Made by a program: the position numbers and the translations under genes. A stretch of DNA of 64,000 nucleotides, taken from positions 53,260,001 through 53,324,000 of the forward strand of contig NW_024704743.1 of assembly GCF_018977255.1 (NCBI RefSeq), given 5' to 3'. Shown here piece after piece: positions 1 through 14,500 of this stretch (positions are counted from its first letter, which is position 1; every line of letters begins with the position of its first letter). A model generated the notes under the pieces. That model saw nothing but the letters and a program-made list of their open reading frames with translations. It had not been told where the DNA came from and searched no databases. The DNA comes from Callorhinchus milii. Lineage: Eukaryota.

Positions 1-214
1 TGAATAAGATTGCCACAATGTTACTCAGTTCAAAGCACGCTGCAAGCTCTACTTGGACAAGGTACTGGAAGGCACACAGTGAAATTTGTCACAGTGCAAA
101 TCCATGCCTTCAGGAGAAGAGGGAGAGAAAATACTTGTAATAAATAAAACGAGCTGCCAATTAAAGCAATTCTCAAACATTTACCAGCATTATTATGGGT
201 GAAGAAATTATTTT

Positions 215-2022
215 GAAGAAAGGGAAGATTAAGAGACAAACAAGAGACGGGAGAAGTTGTAATGGGGGATAAGGACATGACAGAGTCCTTAAATGGGTAC
301 TTTGCATCTGTCTTCACCCGAGAAGACACAACAAGTCTGTCAACAATAGACATCACCAAGGGGATAAGGACAAGGAGCAACTTAGGGATATTTTCATTAT
401 TAGAGAATTGGTGCTAGGGAAACTGTTAGCACTAAGAAGTGACAAATCCCCTGGTCCGGATGGCTTGCATCCCAGGGTTTTAAAAGAGGTAGCTTATGAG
501 ATAGTGGAGGCCTTATGTCTGATCTTCCAAAATTCCTTGGATTCTGGAACAGTCCCCATGGACTGGAAGATCGCAAATGTCACACCACTATTTAAAAAAG
601 GTGGAAAGGAAAAGATGGGGAACTATAAGCCAGTTAGTCTCACATCAGTGATAAGAAAATTTTTAGAATCATTGATTAAGGATGTGGTAGTTCGGTATTT
701 AGGGGGGGCACAATATAATTAGGCCAAGTCAACATGGCTTTACAAAAGGGAAGTCATGTTTGACAAATCTCGTAGAGTTTTTTGAGGATGTTTTGAGTAA
801 ACTAGATAAGGGTGAATCAGTGGCTGTGGTCTATTTGGACTTCCAGAAGGCATTCGATAAGATGCCACATAGAAGGTTAGTCCAAAAGATAGGGGCCCAT
901 GGAATTGGGGGGAGCATATTAACATGGATTGGGGAATGGTTAACGGGTAGGAAACAAAGAGTAGGGATAAACGGGTCCTTTTCAGATTGGCGGGATGTGA
1001 CTAGTGGAGTGCCACAAGGATCAGTCCTTGGGCCTCAGCTATTTACCATCTACATCAACGATCTAGATGAGGACATCAAAGTTAATATATCTAAATTCGC
1101 GGATGACACAAAACTAGGAGGAAGTGTCAACACAGAGGACAACATTAAAAAAATGCAGCGAGACATAGATAGGTTAGGTGATTGGGCAGGTAGGTGGCAG
1201 ATGAAGTATAATGTAGGGAAGTGCGAAGTCATCCACCTCGGTAGCAAAAACAGTAGAGCGGGTTATTTTTTAGAAGGGGAGAGATTGGAATGTGTTAGCG
1301 TCCAGAGGGACTTGGGTGTCCTTGTACACCAATCACAGAAAGTTAGTCTGCAGGTGCAGCAGCAATTAGGAAGGCGAACGGTATGTTAGCATTCATTATG
1401 AAAGGATTAGAGTATAAGAGTAGGGAAGTTTTGCTGCAACTGTATAGGGCCCTGGTGAGACCACACCTGGAATACTGTGTGCAGTTTTGGTCTCCTCATT
1501 TAAGGAAGGATGTACTTGCCTTGGAGGGGGTGCAGAGTAGATTTATTAGGTTAGTACCAGGGATGAAGGGGATGAGTTACGAGGATAGGCTGACCAATTT
1601 GGGCCTATATTCTCTAGAATATAGAAGAATTAGAAGGGATCTTATAGAAACCTATACGATCATCAAAGGACATGATAGAGTAGATAGTGGGAGATTGTTT
1701 CCCCTGGTTGGAGAAACTAAAACCAGGGGTCACAACCTTAAAATCAGAGGCCAGCCCTTTCGCACTGAGTTGAGGAAGAACTTCTTCACTCAAAGGGTGG
1801 TGAATATATGGAACTCGCTACCCCAAAGGGCTGTTGACGCTCAGTCCTTGAACATATTCAAGACTGAGATAGATTTCTTATTACAAAAGGGATTAAGGGA
1901 TATGGGGATAAGGCAGGGTCAGGTTATTAGCTGGAGTTAGATTAGAAGATCAGCCACAAATGAATGCCGGGGGAGGATCGAAGGGCCAAATGGCCTACTC
2001 CTGCCCCTACATGTTATGTTAT
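215..2022 (+). mobile_element. CR1-clade LINE, ORF2 RT region through 3' end, frameshifted (intronic in the MGAT5-like gene)
   Basis: ORF pieces 408-722, 760-1389 and 1383-1940 carry [37 protein letters not shown] and FFTQRVVNIWN; CR1-type 3' end gaagggccaaatggcctactcctg with a short atgtt tail. 5' boundary approximate. Confidence 0.93.
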
Positions 2023-2442
2023 CAAGAGTGGTGTGATTGGCCAGAGCATCGGAGCACTTGCAACCCAGCAAGGCAGGAGTTTGTACCTGTGGTCTTCCAC
2101 TTTCTGACTCATTGATATAAGTTCTACTATTGTGGGGAAGATCTGAGAAGAGGCTAGGATCTTGCCCACTGATATGAGAGAGTCATTCAAGAGCTCTTGA
2201 TGTGTAGTTCCGAGCAGCTAGTTTCAGCAAGGCAGAGGCTGCAAGTCGGTACCTTGACTGCCCTGTTGGTTGAGAATGGAGCATGGAAGAAATAAGATTA
2301 ATTTGGGGAGATGAGGAAAATAACTCTTTGTATTTTGAAAAAAGTGGTTTTGTTGCCTTCAACAGAAAGGAAGTGGTATTCTATATGTTGCTTCTGATTA
2401 ATTTAATATATATTGATTGTGCAATTTACACATTTTTTTCAG

Positions 2443-2514
2443 GTTGAGAATTTTTGCCCTATGCATCCAGTAAGAATAAGGCAAATTGCAGATGACACTG
2501 CCTTAAAACCCAAG
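2443..2514 (+). CDS. MGAT5-like: MGAT5-like exon (VENFCPMHPVRIRQIADDTALKPK)
   Basis: tttttttcag|GTT...AAG|gtaaga; 72 nt, phase 0/0; resembles VENWCP of MGAT5. Confidence 0.85.
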
Positions 2515-5500
2515 GTAAGAGAACATCCTGTTATTAGTGTATATTTAAGACGTGTTTTGAAATATCTCATTATTTTAATAACCAATTAACATTGTGGAAC
2601 TTCTTTATAGTTAGCTTGGAGCGCTAGTTTTGCTTAACTTTTCTATAAATACAGAAAATATATATTTGAATCTCCAAGTGCAGGAAGATTTTTGCTAGTT
2701 ATTCATAACTTGGTGATAATTGTGTTTTGTGTCTACACCAGAAATCACAAATTCATGTGGTGATGTTAGTACCTGATAATCAGAAGCTAAATTATTAAAT
2801 GAGTTTGATTTATTGTGATTATTTTCTGCACTTATGTACATACTGGATAGCAAAATCAGATGTTTACTTGGGTGCCTAAAGATTATATTTAGATATACCT
2901 TAGATAATTGTCATTGAAATGTGATCAGAAAGCAAGGAAATAGAACTATTTGATAATATAGGATATCTAAACCCAAAGATTGTTGGGTTTAGTTCTGATA
3001 CATTGATATTTTCCTTGCTATTAGGTACAAATTTTGGCTAGTCTGGAAGGTTTGATTGAATTACTATCTTCACGAGAAGAACTTTTATGGATAAAACAAC
3101 GAATACAAAGGATGGAAGGAAAATGGATAACTGCTTTAACATCTTTGGTTAAAAAGCAGAATTTAGAACATCAACCAAAGAAAAAGGTACATATTGATCA
3201 ATCTAGATGGTCACAAAAATTCATTTTTAAAAAAAAGCATGTTTGTAACTATGCAAAGAGAGCTTATATTTTTATTAAAATCGTGCGTTGCTGACAATAT
3301 CAGCATCTATCAGATCTATCAATATATACAAAATACATTGGCAACTGCTCTCAGTCAACTCCATCCCGGAATCCCTTCACCTCAGTCCCTCCCTTTGCCT
3401 CTTTCGAGGCCCATCTCAAGACCTTTCTCTTCTCCCATACCTTCAGTCATTCTCCCAGCCCCACATCCCCTGCCCTCCATCCCTCTTGATTCCCACCCCC
3501 AACTTGGGTGCAAACACTTGACTGTCCCAACACAGTCATCCCGAAGTCATTAACAACAACTTGCATTCATATAGCACCCTTCACGCAGGGCAGCGAGCTT
3601 GATAGTGGCGGAGTCTGACCCTGAGCCCAGAAAGGGAGTGAGGAGTAAGCACAAACAAAAAGGAAGGTCTTTAGGTGAGATTTGAAAGCGGGATTGGGGA
3701 GGGAGGAGCGAGTCGAATGGTTTGAAGGAGAGAGTTCCAGAATTTTGTGGTAGGAGCCGTGATAGGAGGAGAGGGTGGAAGGAAGCGTGGGGGTGGTAGG
3801 TGACAGGGATGTTGGGGAAGGAGGAGGCAGCCAGGCAGATGTTATCTATCATAGAGATGAAAAACTCCAGGATCTCTTCGCACTTGGCATCTGAAGTAAG
3901 GATCGAGGGTGCTTGAGAGGGGAGTGGAGGAAGTGCTGGGTAGTGGAGAACAGGATTTGGGGGTTGTTTTTGGCTTTGAGAATGTCCTATGAGTAGTAAG
4001 CGGTTTGGGCTTGAGAGAGGGAGTGGTAGTAGGTATGAAAATGCTCGAACCACAATTGGTGAACTATGAAGCTGGTTTAGTGCCATCTGTGCTTGCGCAA
4101 CCGGGTTTGGGATGTGAGGGAGCGGAGATGATTGTTATACCAGGGGGAGCAGGTAGGCTTGGACATGGATCTAGTTTTCAGGGAGGCAAGGGAATTGAAG
4201 GTTGAAGAGAGGTGATTGTTTCGCAGCTTGACAGCTGTGTCTGGATCACTCCGGATGGAAGGCCAGAGGGAGAGAAGGTCTGAGGATCAGACCGTGGGCA
4301 GAAAAAGATGGTGGAGGGTTTGGAGGAGGGAGGATGATAGGAGAGGGAGATGAAGAAGTGGTCTGAGATGGCCTTGTCTGTGATGGACAGATCAGTGATG
4401 TCTAGACCATGGGTGATGATGAGGTTGAAAGGTTTGCTATGGTTGTGGGTCAGGGTGTTTCCACGAAAGGCACTATATAAATGCAATTTGTTGTTGATGT
4501 CCTTTGTTTAAATGAGGGACCCACATTGTATTCCATTTACGGCCTGCCCAATATTCATCTTAATTGACTCATTTCAATGAGTCAGTATTTGATATACCTG
4601 GAGTCAGTATTTATGGAAACAAAATTATTGTTTCATTTACTTTATTCCATTTTGATTGATGTTAGAACTAATTTGTGTTTTTTTTGAAGATTTTATTGCA
4701 TTTAGGTCTTTTGACAAAGGAATCGGGATTTAAAATAGCTGAGAACGCTTTTAAGGGAGGTCCACTTGGAGAGCTGGTTCAGTGGAGTGACCTGATCGCC
4801 TCTGTTTATTTACTAGGTCACTCCATGACACTTTCTACATCAGTGATGGAGCTGAAAAGGTAAAATATACTGCAACCTACACAAACATTTGGATAAATCT
4901 CTTAACAGATAAACAAAGATTGATGTCAAGATTGGAATTAATTAGTTGTCTGACCATCCTCTTCATTTCAGTTTTTTTGCTATAGATTTTGCTTGAACTA
5001 AATACAACAACTTGCATTTATGTAGGGCTCCTCATGCAGGGTAGCGTCCTAGAGCTAATTTCCTCTCCCATTTATTGACAAAATCTGCCTCCCTATAGCT
5101 AGTCAGTTCCACTATTCTACAAACTAAATGAAATATGAAAATAGATTTAAAACAAATATTCTTGCTTTATCTTTTAGTTTGGGATTGACTAAAGTAGACT
5201 TAGAATGAAAACATTAAAAATGCAGAGAATTAGCCACTGCCCCAAAACTTTAGAGCTCTCTCCCCCAGCCCCTCTGCCTTTCCCACTCCTTCCCCATTTT
5301 CAGATCACACCTGAAGGTCTGCCTCTTCAACCATGCAGATGGTTACCTCCTACCAACTTGCCGTCAGGCTGTTAAATGCTCTGAGATGCTACACCGTGTG
5401 AAGGACATTATATAAATCCGAGTTGTTGTTGTGGTAATTAGGCTCCATATGTGTTAGCTTTTAAAAAAAAATTTCTGTAGTCTGCACTGTAGAGTGTTCA

Positions 5501-8500
5501 TAAATATGCATCAAGCTGGTGGTGTCACCAGAGTGAATGGTGAAGCACAGACTGACCAGGGTCAGAGAGAGCTGGAGAGTAGGAGGAATCCACAAGAGTA
5601 TTCAAATCAATCAACTAAGAATTCCACACGTGTCCAGCAGTTGTTGGCCCAAACCTCAGAATTTACTCATCAGCTACTTGGCAAACATCTGCCTTCAGGA
5701 TGGTGGGAGAATCCAAACACAACAACTTGTGTTGTGCCAGCCGCCTTGAAGTTCTCATGGTCTAAATCTAGTGCTGTGTACTAGGTTCATTCCACACTAA
5801 CTGCTTAATCCAAGCAGTTAAACCTAAACCCCCTCTTGTGAGGGGCTTTGGTAAATAGATGTGCCATCTATAGGCATGTTTACTGTTGGGCCCGGGATTG
5901 ATGACTGGGATATAGTAAACTGGAACATGACTGCAACAAATTGTAAGGGAGGTTGAATAATAAGGATCTTACATATGTTGACAATACATGCAAATTGATT
6001 TTCTATTTAAATTTCTTGTCTGTGGCTATATATTTATTGTACTTTAACCACTTATTGATAATGAACCTTCAGTCATTTTTCTCCCCAGTTTCTCTACCTC
6101 GCCTCCATTAATAATAACAATAATAATCTTTGGATTTGATATAATGCCTTAGAATGTCATTGAGACTTCTCAAAGTGCTTCACAGTACCTACTGTTTACA
6201 GAACCTATGGATTGACTGTGTATTTTGTGGGCAAAATGCTGCAGCCAATTGCACACAATTCTATCTACAAATTACTATAAATAAATTATAATAAATTCTA
6301 AAGGTATCTAAAATACCATTCTATCTAGAAAATCCCATCTTAAAACTTACCGCTTTGACTGTGCCTATGACCTGTTTCCCCTTCTTCCTACATTGGCATC
6401 CAACCCCCACCACTGTGAACCACTCCTGAGATTATCCTATGTGAAGGGCATTGTATAATGCAAGTCGTTTTTTGTTGTGAATCCATGAATGGTAAAAACA
6501 TTTTTATTTTAATTGTTTGGGTTAGTCACTTGAGCACCCTCACTGGAAATACTGCTGGATGTCCTATCAGGGGAGAAAAGCTGCTGGACCTTATATACAT
6601 TGACATTGTAGGTTTAAAACAACTGAACAGTATACTTGGAGCATCCTTTACCCATTATCGGTAAGACTATGTGCACTCTTTTGCTTCATTCATATTATCA
6701 AGATCTGTTATTTAATGAGTAATTTTCTCATACCTCAGGCCTCCAACTTCTCTCTCATTATCACAAACTTTATTGTCTTTCTCTATTTTGTTACAAATTA
6801 CAAATTGCCATTCTAGATGTTCTTGAATCCCATTCATTCTCATGTTGTTGCATTTAAGATTCATGGTACCATCTCCTTGTTTTAACTCATTCTTTTCCCA
6901 GATCCTCAAGAAGGTAGAATTCCTCAGTCTTTTCTTTCTATGTGCATTGGAGTCCTGTAGCTCAGTGGTTAGAGCACTCGCTTTGCAAGTGAGAGACCTG
7001 AGTTCAATTCCAGGCAGGTCAGGGCGAAACCTTGGGCAAGTTTCCTTACTCCACACAGAGCCTAATAATAATCCCTCCAAAAAACAAAAACAATAATAAA
7101 TTGGTCATTTTCAATCTACGACTGTTTGTGGGACATTGCTGTGCGCAATTGGCTGCCGCGTTCGCCCACAAATATACAGTCAATTCACTTTACAGTGTGT
7201 TCTGTAAAGCGCTTTGGGACGTCCTCCCGACGTGAAAAGCGCAATATCAAATGCAAGGATTATTATTATTATTTAAAATGAAAGCTTCCCTTATTGTCTT
7301 GTTCTTGCCTCCACTTCAGTTTTGAATTAATCTTGTACTATGTTACTTGGGTTTCTAAATTCAATCTAATAATCTCTGCATAGGAGTGCAGACAAGCAAT
7401 ACTGTTTTTTTTGAGTTGTGTGAGGGCTAAGGCAGTGAGACTGGCAAGTAAGAGCAGACTGGCAAACAGAGAGAAGCAGTCTGGCAAATTGACATATGCT
7501 AATTAAACTCGGGTGCTTCTGAGAATTAGATAATGTGCAAGTTTCATCCATTTCTAGGAACATGAGTAATCACCACTGCTATTATTTTGCCTATTCAGTT
7601 GTTTTGTGTATGTGTCCCTTTTGTGTGTATGATATCTATTCAGCTTTAAATATTAGAAGGGCTTTTACCATTTATTATGCTTTTGGTCATTTCTATTATT
7701 TTTAAGCATTTCTGGATTGTTTAGAACTATGGAACCATAGAAATTTAAGTCTCAGAAGGCCATTCGGTCTGTGCTGGCTCTTTGAAAGGTGTAGTGTTGT
7801 AGGAGTTGTGCAACACGTTCCTATGCCACTGAATTACTGGTCTCACAAGTTGCTGTGTAGCATTGGAAAGCAAAGTCAGGCTGAGGATCACTCACAAATA
7901 ATAAAGCAGTCTCAAAGGTGGAGGCAAATGGACAGTTCACATATCATTTGTTCAGCCACAGTTAGTGCATGGCTGCCAGAAACACCAACAAATAATGAAA
8001 GATACCTTTTAGACATTATGCACCTTCTGAGATATATAAAATGAACATGAGGTGGAAGAGAACAGTAAGCTACATGGAATGGTTGGAACAGTGTTGTAGA
8101 ATCAGTGTAGATTTAGGGAAATTTCGATGTTTAGGTGTCATACATATGTGGAATTCTTTCTGCTTTAGATGATCTCAGCATGGTGATGGATTTTTGCATG
8201 TGTCAGATGCCAGACTAACCAACAGAATATATTCTCAATTTCAGACATTTTATTTGAACTAACCAGAGGTGCACAGAGAAGACTATCTGTGCATCAGCAA
8301 TCAATCCACAAATGATGGTACAATATGAGGAACTTGTCATTCATGAATTCTCACCTAACTTATCTGAATAGTATATCCCTAGGGTTAGCTGTGCTCAAGC
8401 CTAGTGCACCTCTTTTTGGAATGACATGTTGTGTCAAGATCATTGTGTGGGAGAGGGAGGAAGAGAGCGAGGTCTTGCTGAAAGCATGCATATTTTGCCA

Positions 8501-11500
8501 ATTCTAAAGCAGCATCAAGGTCCTCACACTCACAGAAAATCTCTTCATGACCTAGCACCTTCCTAAATCTCTGATTTCCTTGAATCCTACTCCTCTGCCC
8601 GCCTACTCCGCTCATCTAACACCGGCTGTTCTGCACCACCATTGGTTGACGAACCTTCAATCATTACCAAATTGTTGTTACTATTGTAAATGTTCAAGGA
8701 CCGATCTATGACACTGGCAAACGCTGCATGCGGTATACCATACAATATACATTTATGTAGCACCTTTGATGTCAGTAGGACTCTCAAAGTACTAAACATG
8801 AGCTGGGGGTGGGAGCCAAAGGAAGTGGGCAGGGGATAGATGACCAAAAGCGAAGTACATCTTGAGGTATGGACTTTGAATGAGGTGAAAGAGTCAAACA
8901 AGATGAGAAGGTGCCGACGGGAGCCTCGCAGGAGAGCCTCTGTTATAAACTTATATATAGCTGAAGTTAGAGCTCATTAACAGCAGGGGTCCTGGAGTAG
9001 AGGATGGAGGCAGAGAGATAGAGTTGGGTGCTATCCGCATACATTTAGAAGTGAACCTTACGTCTGCTGATGATGTCACCAAATGGGAGGATATAGATTG
9101 TGAAGAGGAGAGGACCAAGGAATGCGCATGTCATTGTGTGGGAGCAGGAGGACATACCATTTGATGAGACAAAATGGAGATGTTGGAATAGGAATGAAAC
9201 CAGAATAGGATGAAACTATCAAGGTGAAGCAGAGAGGAGAGATAGTAGAAAAGAATGGAGTGGTCACAGATGGAAATAATGTTGTTTGTGACTTTGACCA
9301 GGGCAGTCTTTGTGTTGTGGATTGGGTGGAATTCGGATGAGAGGGACTCATGCAGAGAGTTCTGAGTTCACAGTTTTCTCTCATGTCATATTAGTTTTAT
9401 GTTCCTCAAAGACCTGAGCAAGTGATCGTTCCTGAAAAGTGAACGAGGACCCGCTGAATCTGAAATAAAAACAGAAGTTGCTGGGAACACTCAGCAGGTC
9501 ACGTTTCATGAAACACTGAAACGTCATCGCTGAAACTCACTTTCCTCTCTCCATAGATGCTGCCTGAGTGTTCCAAGCGACTTCTGTTTTTATTTCAGAT
9601 TTCCAGCATCTGCAGTATTTTGCCTTTGGCCCATTGAATCTGAGTTGCCAATTCTTTTCTAACAAAAGTATGCAGGTCAGGGGTAATAGATTCTTTTCAG
9701 CCCTGGTTGTTTTCGTGCTTCAACTTCCTGGTATACTTCATTACCAACTGTTTTTATTGTTCCCATTCAATAAGCACAAATTTGACAAAACTATTTTGCA
9801 CATTGTTGTAGTTTTAATTTCCATGGTGTTTCATTTTTAAACCAATAAAACCAATTAAATACTCAAAAAANTTAAATACTGAACAAAACAGTTCATCTTG
9901 CTGACAGTTTGGGAGTGTAGATCAGGAGCAATGGATTGTTTTGAGCCCCTTTGTAATTTTTAAACTTTAACTTCCTGATATACTCCATTACCAATAGTTT
10001 ATGTTGTCCCAACTGAATAGAGACAAATCTGCCAAAACAGGATGTTCCATATTGTTGTAGTTTCAATTTACATGGGCGTTTAATTTTAAATGAAAAGAAG
10101 ATAATTAAATAATGAATATAGTTCATCTTGTTAACAGGTTATAAGTGCATATTCCAATGTAGTGTTGCTAGTTTTCAAACAGGTAATATTCTTTGTAGGT
10201 GTGTGCTGCGAGTTCTTGATTCCTTTGGAACTGAGCCAGAATTTAATCACGCTCAATATGCCAAGAAGAAAAACCATGGGTCGCCTTGGGGTAAACTCAA
10301 TCTGATCCCAAAACAGTTCTACAACATGTTTCGTAAGTACATTACTCAACCAGCTCATTCATTGGTTTCTTTTACATGAAATTTGCACAATCGCCACTTT
10401 GGTGGGGTACTGGAGGGCAACCAATATCAATTGGAACTGCACTGCAGGAGGCTATGGACCAGTAATAAAGGCATACATTATGCTTTGTGGAATCCTGTAA
10501 CTTGGTGGTTAGAGCACTCGCCTCGCAAGCAAGAGAACTGGTTCTGTTCCCGCAGGGCGAAATGTTGGGCAAGTTTCCTTATTCCACATGCCTCTGTTTA
10601 GTTAGCAGTAAGTAGGAACCCAGTTGTTAGTCGATTGGCGGATTGCTTTTCCGGGGGTAATAATTCCTTCCAAAAAAAAATAATAAATTTTTATCCACAC
10701 TCCCAATATCTGATGAAATAATTAGGCAGGGTTGAGATTGAAGTCTCAGGACTCCCTTTTTCCTATAGAACTGAAAACAAGGGACTGAAGTCAAGGGACT
10801 TTTGTCAATCTCAACAGAAATCCTAATATTTTATAAATATATATGAGAGAAAATAATCCTCAGACCACCAAGACCAAATTGTTACCAGCTGACCCCTGCA
10901 ATCGGATCATCTGATTCACTGGCTGTTTTAATCCTGTAATTGTAGAAATAGCAAGCAGATTTATAACCTGTACATTTCAATTAAGAAAGATTAATTTACA
11001 CTATTTTCTGATGTGTTTACAGCCCACACACCTGACAACAGCTTCCTGGGCTTTGTGGTGGAACAGCATTTTAACAGTGATAACATCACTCAGCTTCGTA
11101 AAAACCAAAGGACTAATAAAGCTCTGGTTTATGGTAAACTGGCAGAGTATTGGGAGGTATGCACTTTTGCCTATTATTATCAATAATTCTTGGAACGACG
11201 TAGCACCTTATCACACCATTAAGTGTCTCTAATTTATTGTGTATTTGTTGGCAATTGTAAATGTTCACTGAATGTGGAACAATGTGTTAGCACATAGCCC
11301 TGGAACTTGAAAACTAGATGAAGAAAGGGGTTAATGAAACTCATAAGAATAAAACTGAATGAAGCCAATGGGATAATATTAGCCTGTCTGCTGACTTCAA
11401 ACAAAATAATAGAATTCTGCCCCAAAATAACTTATTTAGTTTGTACATTGGTAGTTTAATTATTCATTGTACCCTGCCCCAAAAATGAATGAACTTCTGT

Positions 11501-14500
11501 ACTTATCAAGGGTGATTGGCAAGGTATTGAAGATTTTGTAAAATAAATAATAATTAAAATATCAAAAACTGAAACTGCTAATGCAATGTACTTAAAGGAT
11601 ATTAGCACCTCTTTTAAATGTGATTATTCCTTTTAAACTGTAAGGAGGAGCATTAAAACTTACAGATAGATGCAAGCCAGATGTGCACCCTATTATTTTT
11701 ATATTGGTGCAAAATAATCAAAGTGGAGGCTCATCAGCTCTGCCTGTGACACTGAGGCAAGCTTCATTGTTGATAGATTAAGGTTAGTCAATGTAAAATT
11801 ACATTGTTTACCAAGATTAAATTTTAATATCAGTATTTTGGAGACATTTAAGAGGCTACATTATGTTTCCACATCAAGACATGAACTCATAGTCTAGACT
11901 GACACTTCAGTTAAAATGATTGTTCACCAATCATGGTTGTTTGTAACCTCTGCATTTGACTACAATTGCCGGAGATTGCTGTAAAGCATTTTTAGATGTT
12001 TCAACATGATAAACGTCTGTAAAATGCAAGTTTTCTTTCTGATTTTACAGGCTACCACATACAGTGGAGCCATTTGTAATGTTTTAGGATACATAAAATT
12101 TCAACCTGAATGGTTACAGTGAAGCCAACAGCAGATTTGATTGAGCATTGATCCAACACTCAAAGACAAAATGGCAGTTTACAGGTCATGGGGTCACTGC
12201 CAGCATCACTTTCTGTTTGCTGCACATTCACAAAGCACAAAGGGATATTGCAGAAACCGAATGACCCAGAATTCAGCCATTTTATTATTATGATTATTTA
12301 CTTATTCATTTTAGTACAGAAAGCTAAACTGGCAACGTCCAGGTAATTACGTCTCCGCCAACATTGCTTCTTACTTTGCACATATCCAGCAAAGCAGGAA
12401 GTTATGTTGATTGCCAATGAATGACCCAGAAGTCGACCTTTTTAGCATGAAGAGTCAGCTGGGAGCGAGCAGTGCCGACTGCATACATGAGCAGTCAGTT
12501 GGAGTGAACAGTGCAACAATGTAAAAAAACAAATACTCTCTATAATAAATCACGTTATAATGAGGCTGTATTGTAGATTATGGCAGTGAATTGTGCTCTG
12601 TGATGTCCGAGATGCTATCCTCCATGAAGGGTGCAATATAAATCCAAGATGTTGATGTTTTGTTAATGTTGAAATAAGTAAATAGGATCCCAGAAAAAAG
12701 TATTATAGCCTCCAATTTTTTTATAATTTTCCACAACCTTCTCAGCAACCCCTCTCATAATGACTGGAGCAATTAATGAGAATAGATGAGATTTGTTTGA
12801 GCATTTTAACAAAAGATGCTTGCACTTTTGTAATATTCTACTTGCTTTCTTCTCATTTTCACAGGATAAAACCTCTTACCTGGATATTGTCAGAAAAAAA
12901 GCTGAGGTCCATGGTACATTTCACAATGAACATAGAGTACAGATACCGGACTATGTTGTCAATCATGGAATTCTCAATGGGCTAAACCTTCAGCTCTTGC
13001 TAAGCAAGTCTAAGGTTCGTAAAATAAATTCAGAGGGTATACGGGCATCACATTTAGGTAATAATAACATAATACATAGTGAATTCAAAAATACTAACTC
13101 AGCAGTGATTTCAGCAAATCATGAATGCAGTTCAAATTTAAATGCAACCAATAGTTAATATTCTATTATATAATGTAGTTGTGTGTGTGTGCGTTGTGAA
13201 ATCGTGCAACATAAAGCGACAGTCACAACCAAAACCTGCTTAACAAATCTGAATTGAAACCCAATTGTTGCTGGGCTTTTAGAGCATGTTTCAACCTATA
13301 ATTTGAAATAGACCTGGTTCACTTTGATCCTAAAAGACTGGCAATGTTGCTGATTTTTGTACTAGGTAGAGAAGAAAGCCCTGCACAAGACAACATCGTT
13401 TTCCCTTTCCCTCATCCAGACTGACAGTGAAGTAGTGTTTAACAAAACATTTCTCAACAGGTTAGTTAGGATTTTTTTTAGGTTAAATCAGTATTCCCAC
13501 TCAAATGCAGATCCATGCAGTAGCAATTAAAAATGGTCCTTAATAGCTGCAACAAGTGGTTTTGGGCAAATCTATCTGAATATAGTTGTGGAGGTTTTCT
13601 CCCTTTGTGGCAGTTATTAACTAGGGTGTCCCAACCAATGGAATGTTTCATGATACGTTGTCTATTTTTTCAACCAAAGATTTATATCTAATGCAGAATG
13701 ACTTAGTTTTATTTAGGGTGAGACTCCACTCTCCTTTCCCTTTACTCCAAGAGGATTAACCTAAAAAAAAATTCCTAGCTGAGAGGGCACTATGCTCTGT
13801 GTCCTACTCCCAGGTCCTGGCCAATAATATCACTATGAAGCAGGTCACTGGAAGGCTATCCAGAGCAGCCTTTGCTGATCCGCCTCTTATTTACGACTCT
13901 GCCACTTATTTACCTCCTTGCTGTGTGAGCAGGGCAAAGAGGTAAATAACAGTTTATTTACAGTAAGTACTTGACAGCGCCCCGAGTAGAACAATACAGA
14001 TCAGCAGAATCTTAAGCCTTAAAATGCTGTTCCACCTTGTTGACCCAAATATATTTGGTATTTCTCTTTGGATGCTGTTATAATTTTTTTAAAAAGATTC
14101 TCCAGAGATCATCAACAAGAAATGCGGTGGGAATGGAAAGCACTCCGGTTGAAAATGTTTACTTGCTTTGGGCACACATCACTCACAGCACTAAATTTGA
14201 ACCACCTCTACTTATCATTGATCATAATCGCTTCAGTTTATACATGAGCAGGCAGTTGGAGTGAACAGTGCAACCATGTAAAAAAATACAAATCCTCTCT
14301 ATAATAAATCATGTTATAATGAGGCTATATTGTAGATTATAGCAGCAAATTGTGCTCTGTGTTGTCCGAGATGCTATCCTCCATGAAAGGTTGCAATATA
14401 AATCCAAGACGTTGATGTTGTTTTGTTAATGATGAAATAAGTAAATATGCTGAAAAGTTTAACTACTTGACACTCGAATGACACAATTCAATTGAAGGGA

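Noticed and set aside
408..1940. Functional reverse transcriptase gene (likewise 54575-56048 and 62859-63749)
   Set aside because: Frameshifts split the ORF and no intact endonuclease-RT ORF is present; these are dead LINE copies.
6949..7025. tRNA-Ala(TGC)-like cloverleaf (also at 10489, 47035, 59180, 62236)
   Set aside because: Each continues into SINE linker/body sequence and carries scattered mutations; these are SINE heads, not tRNA genes.
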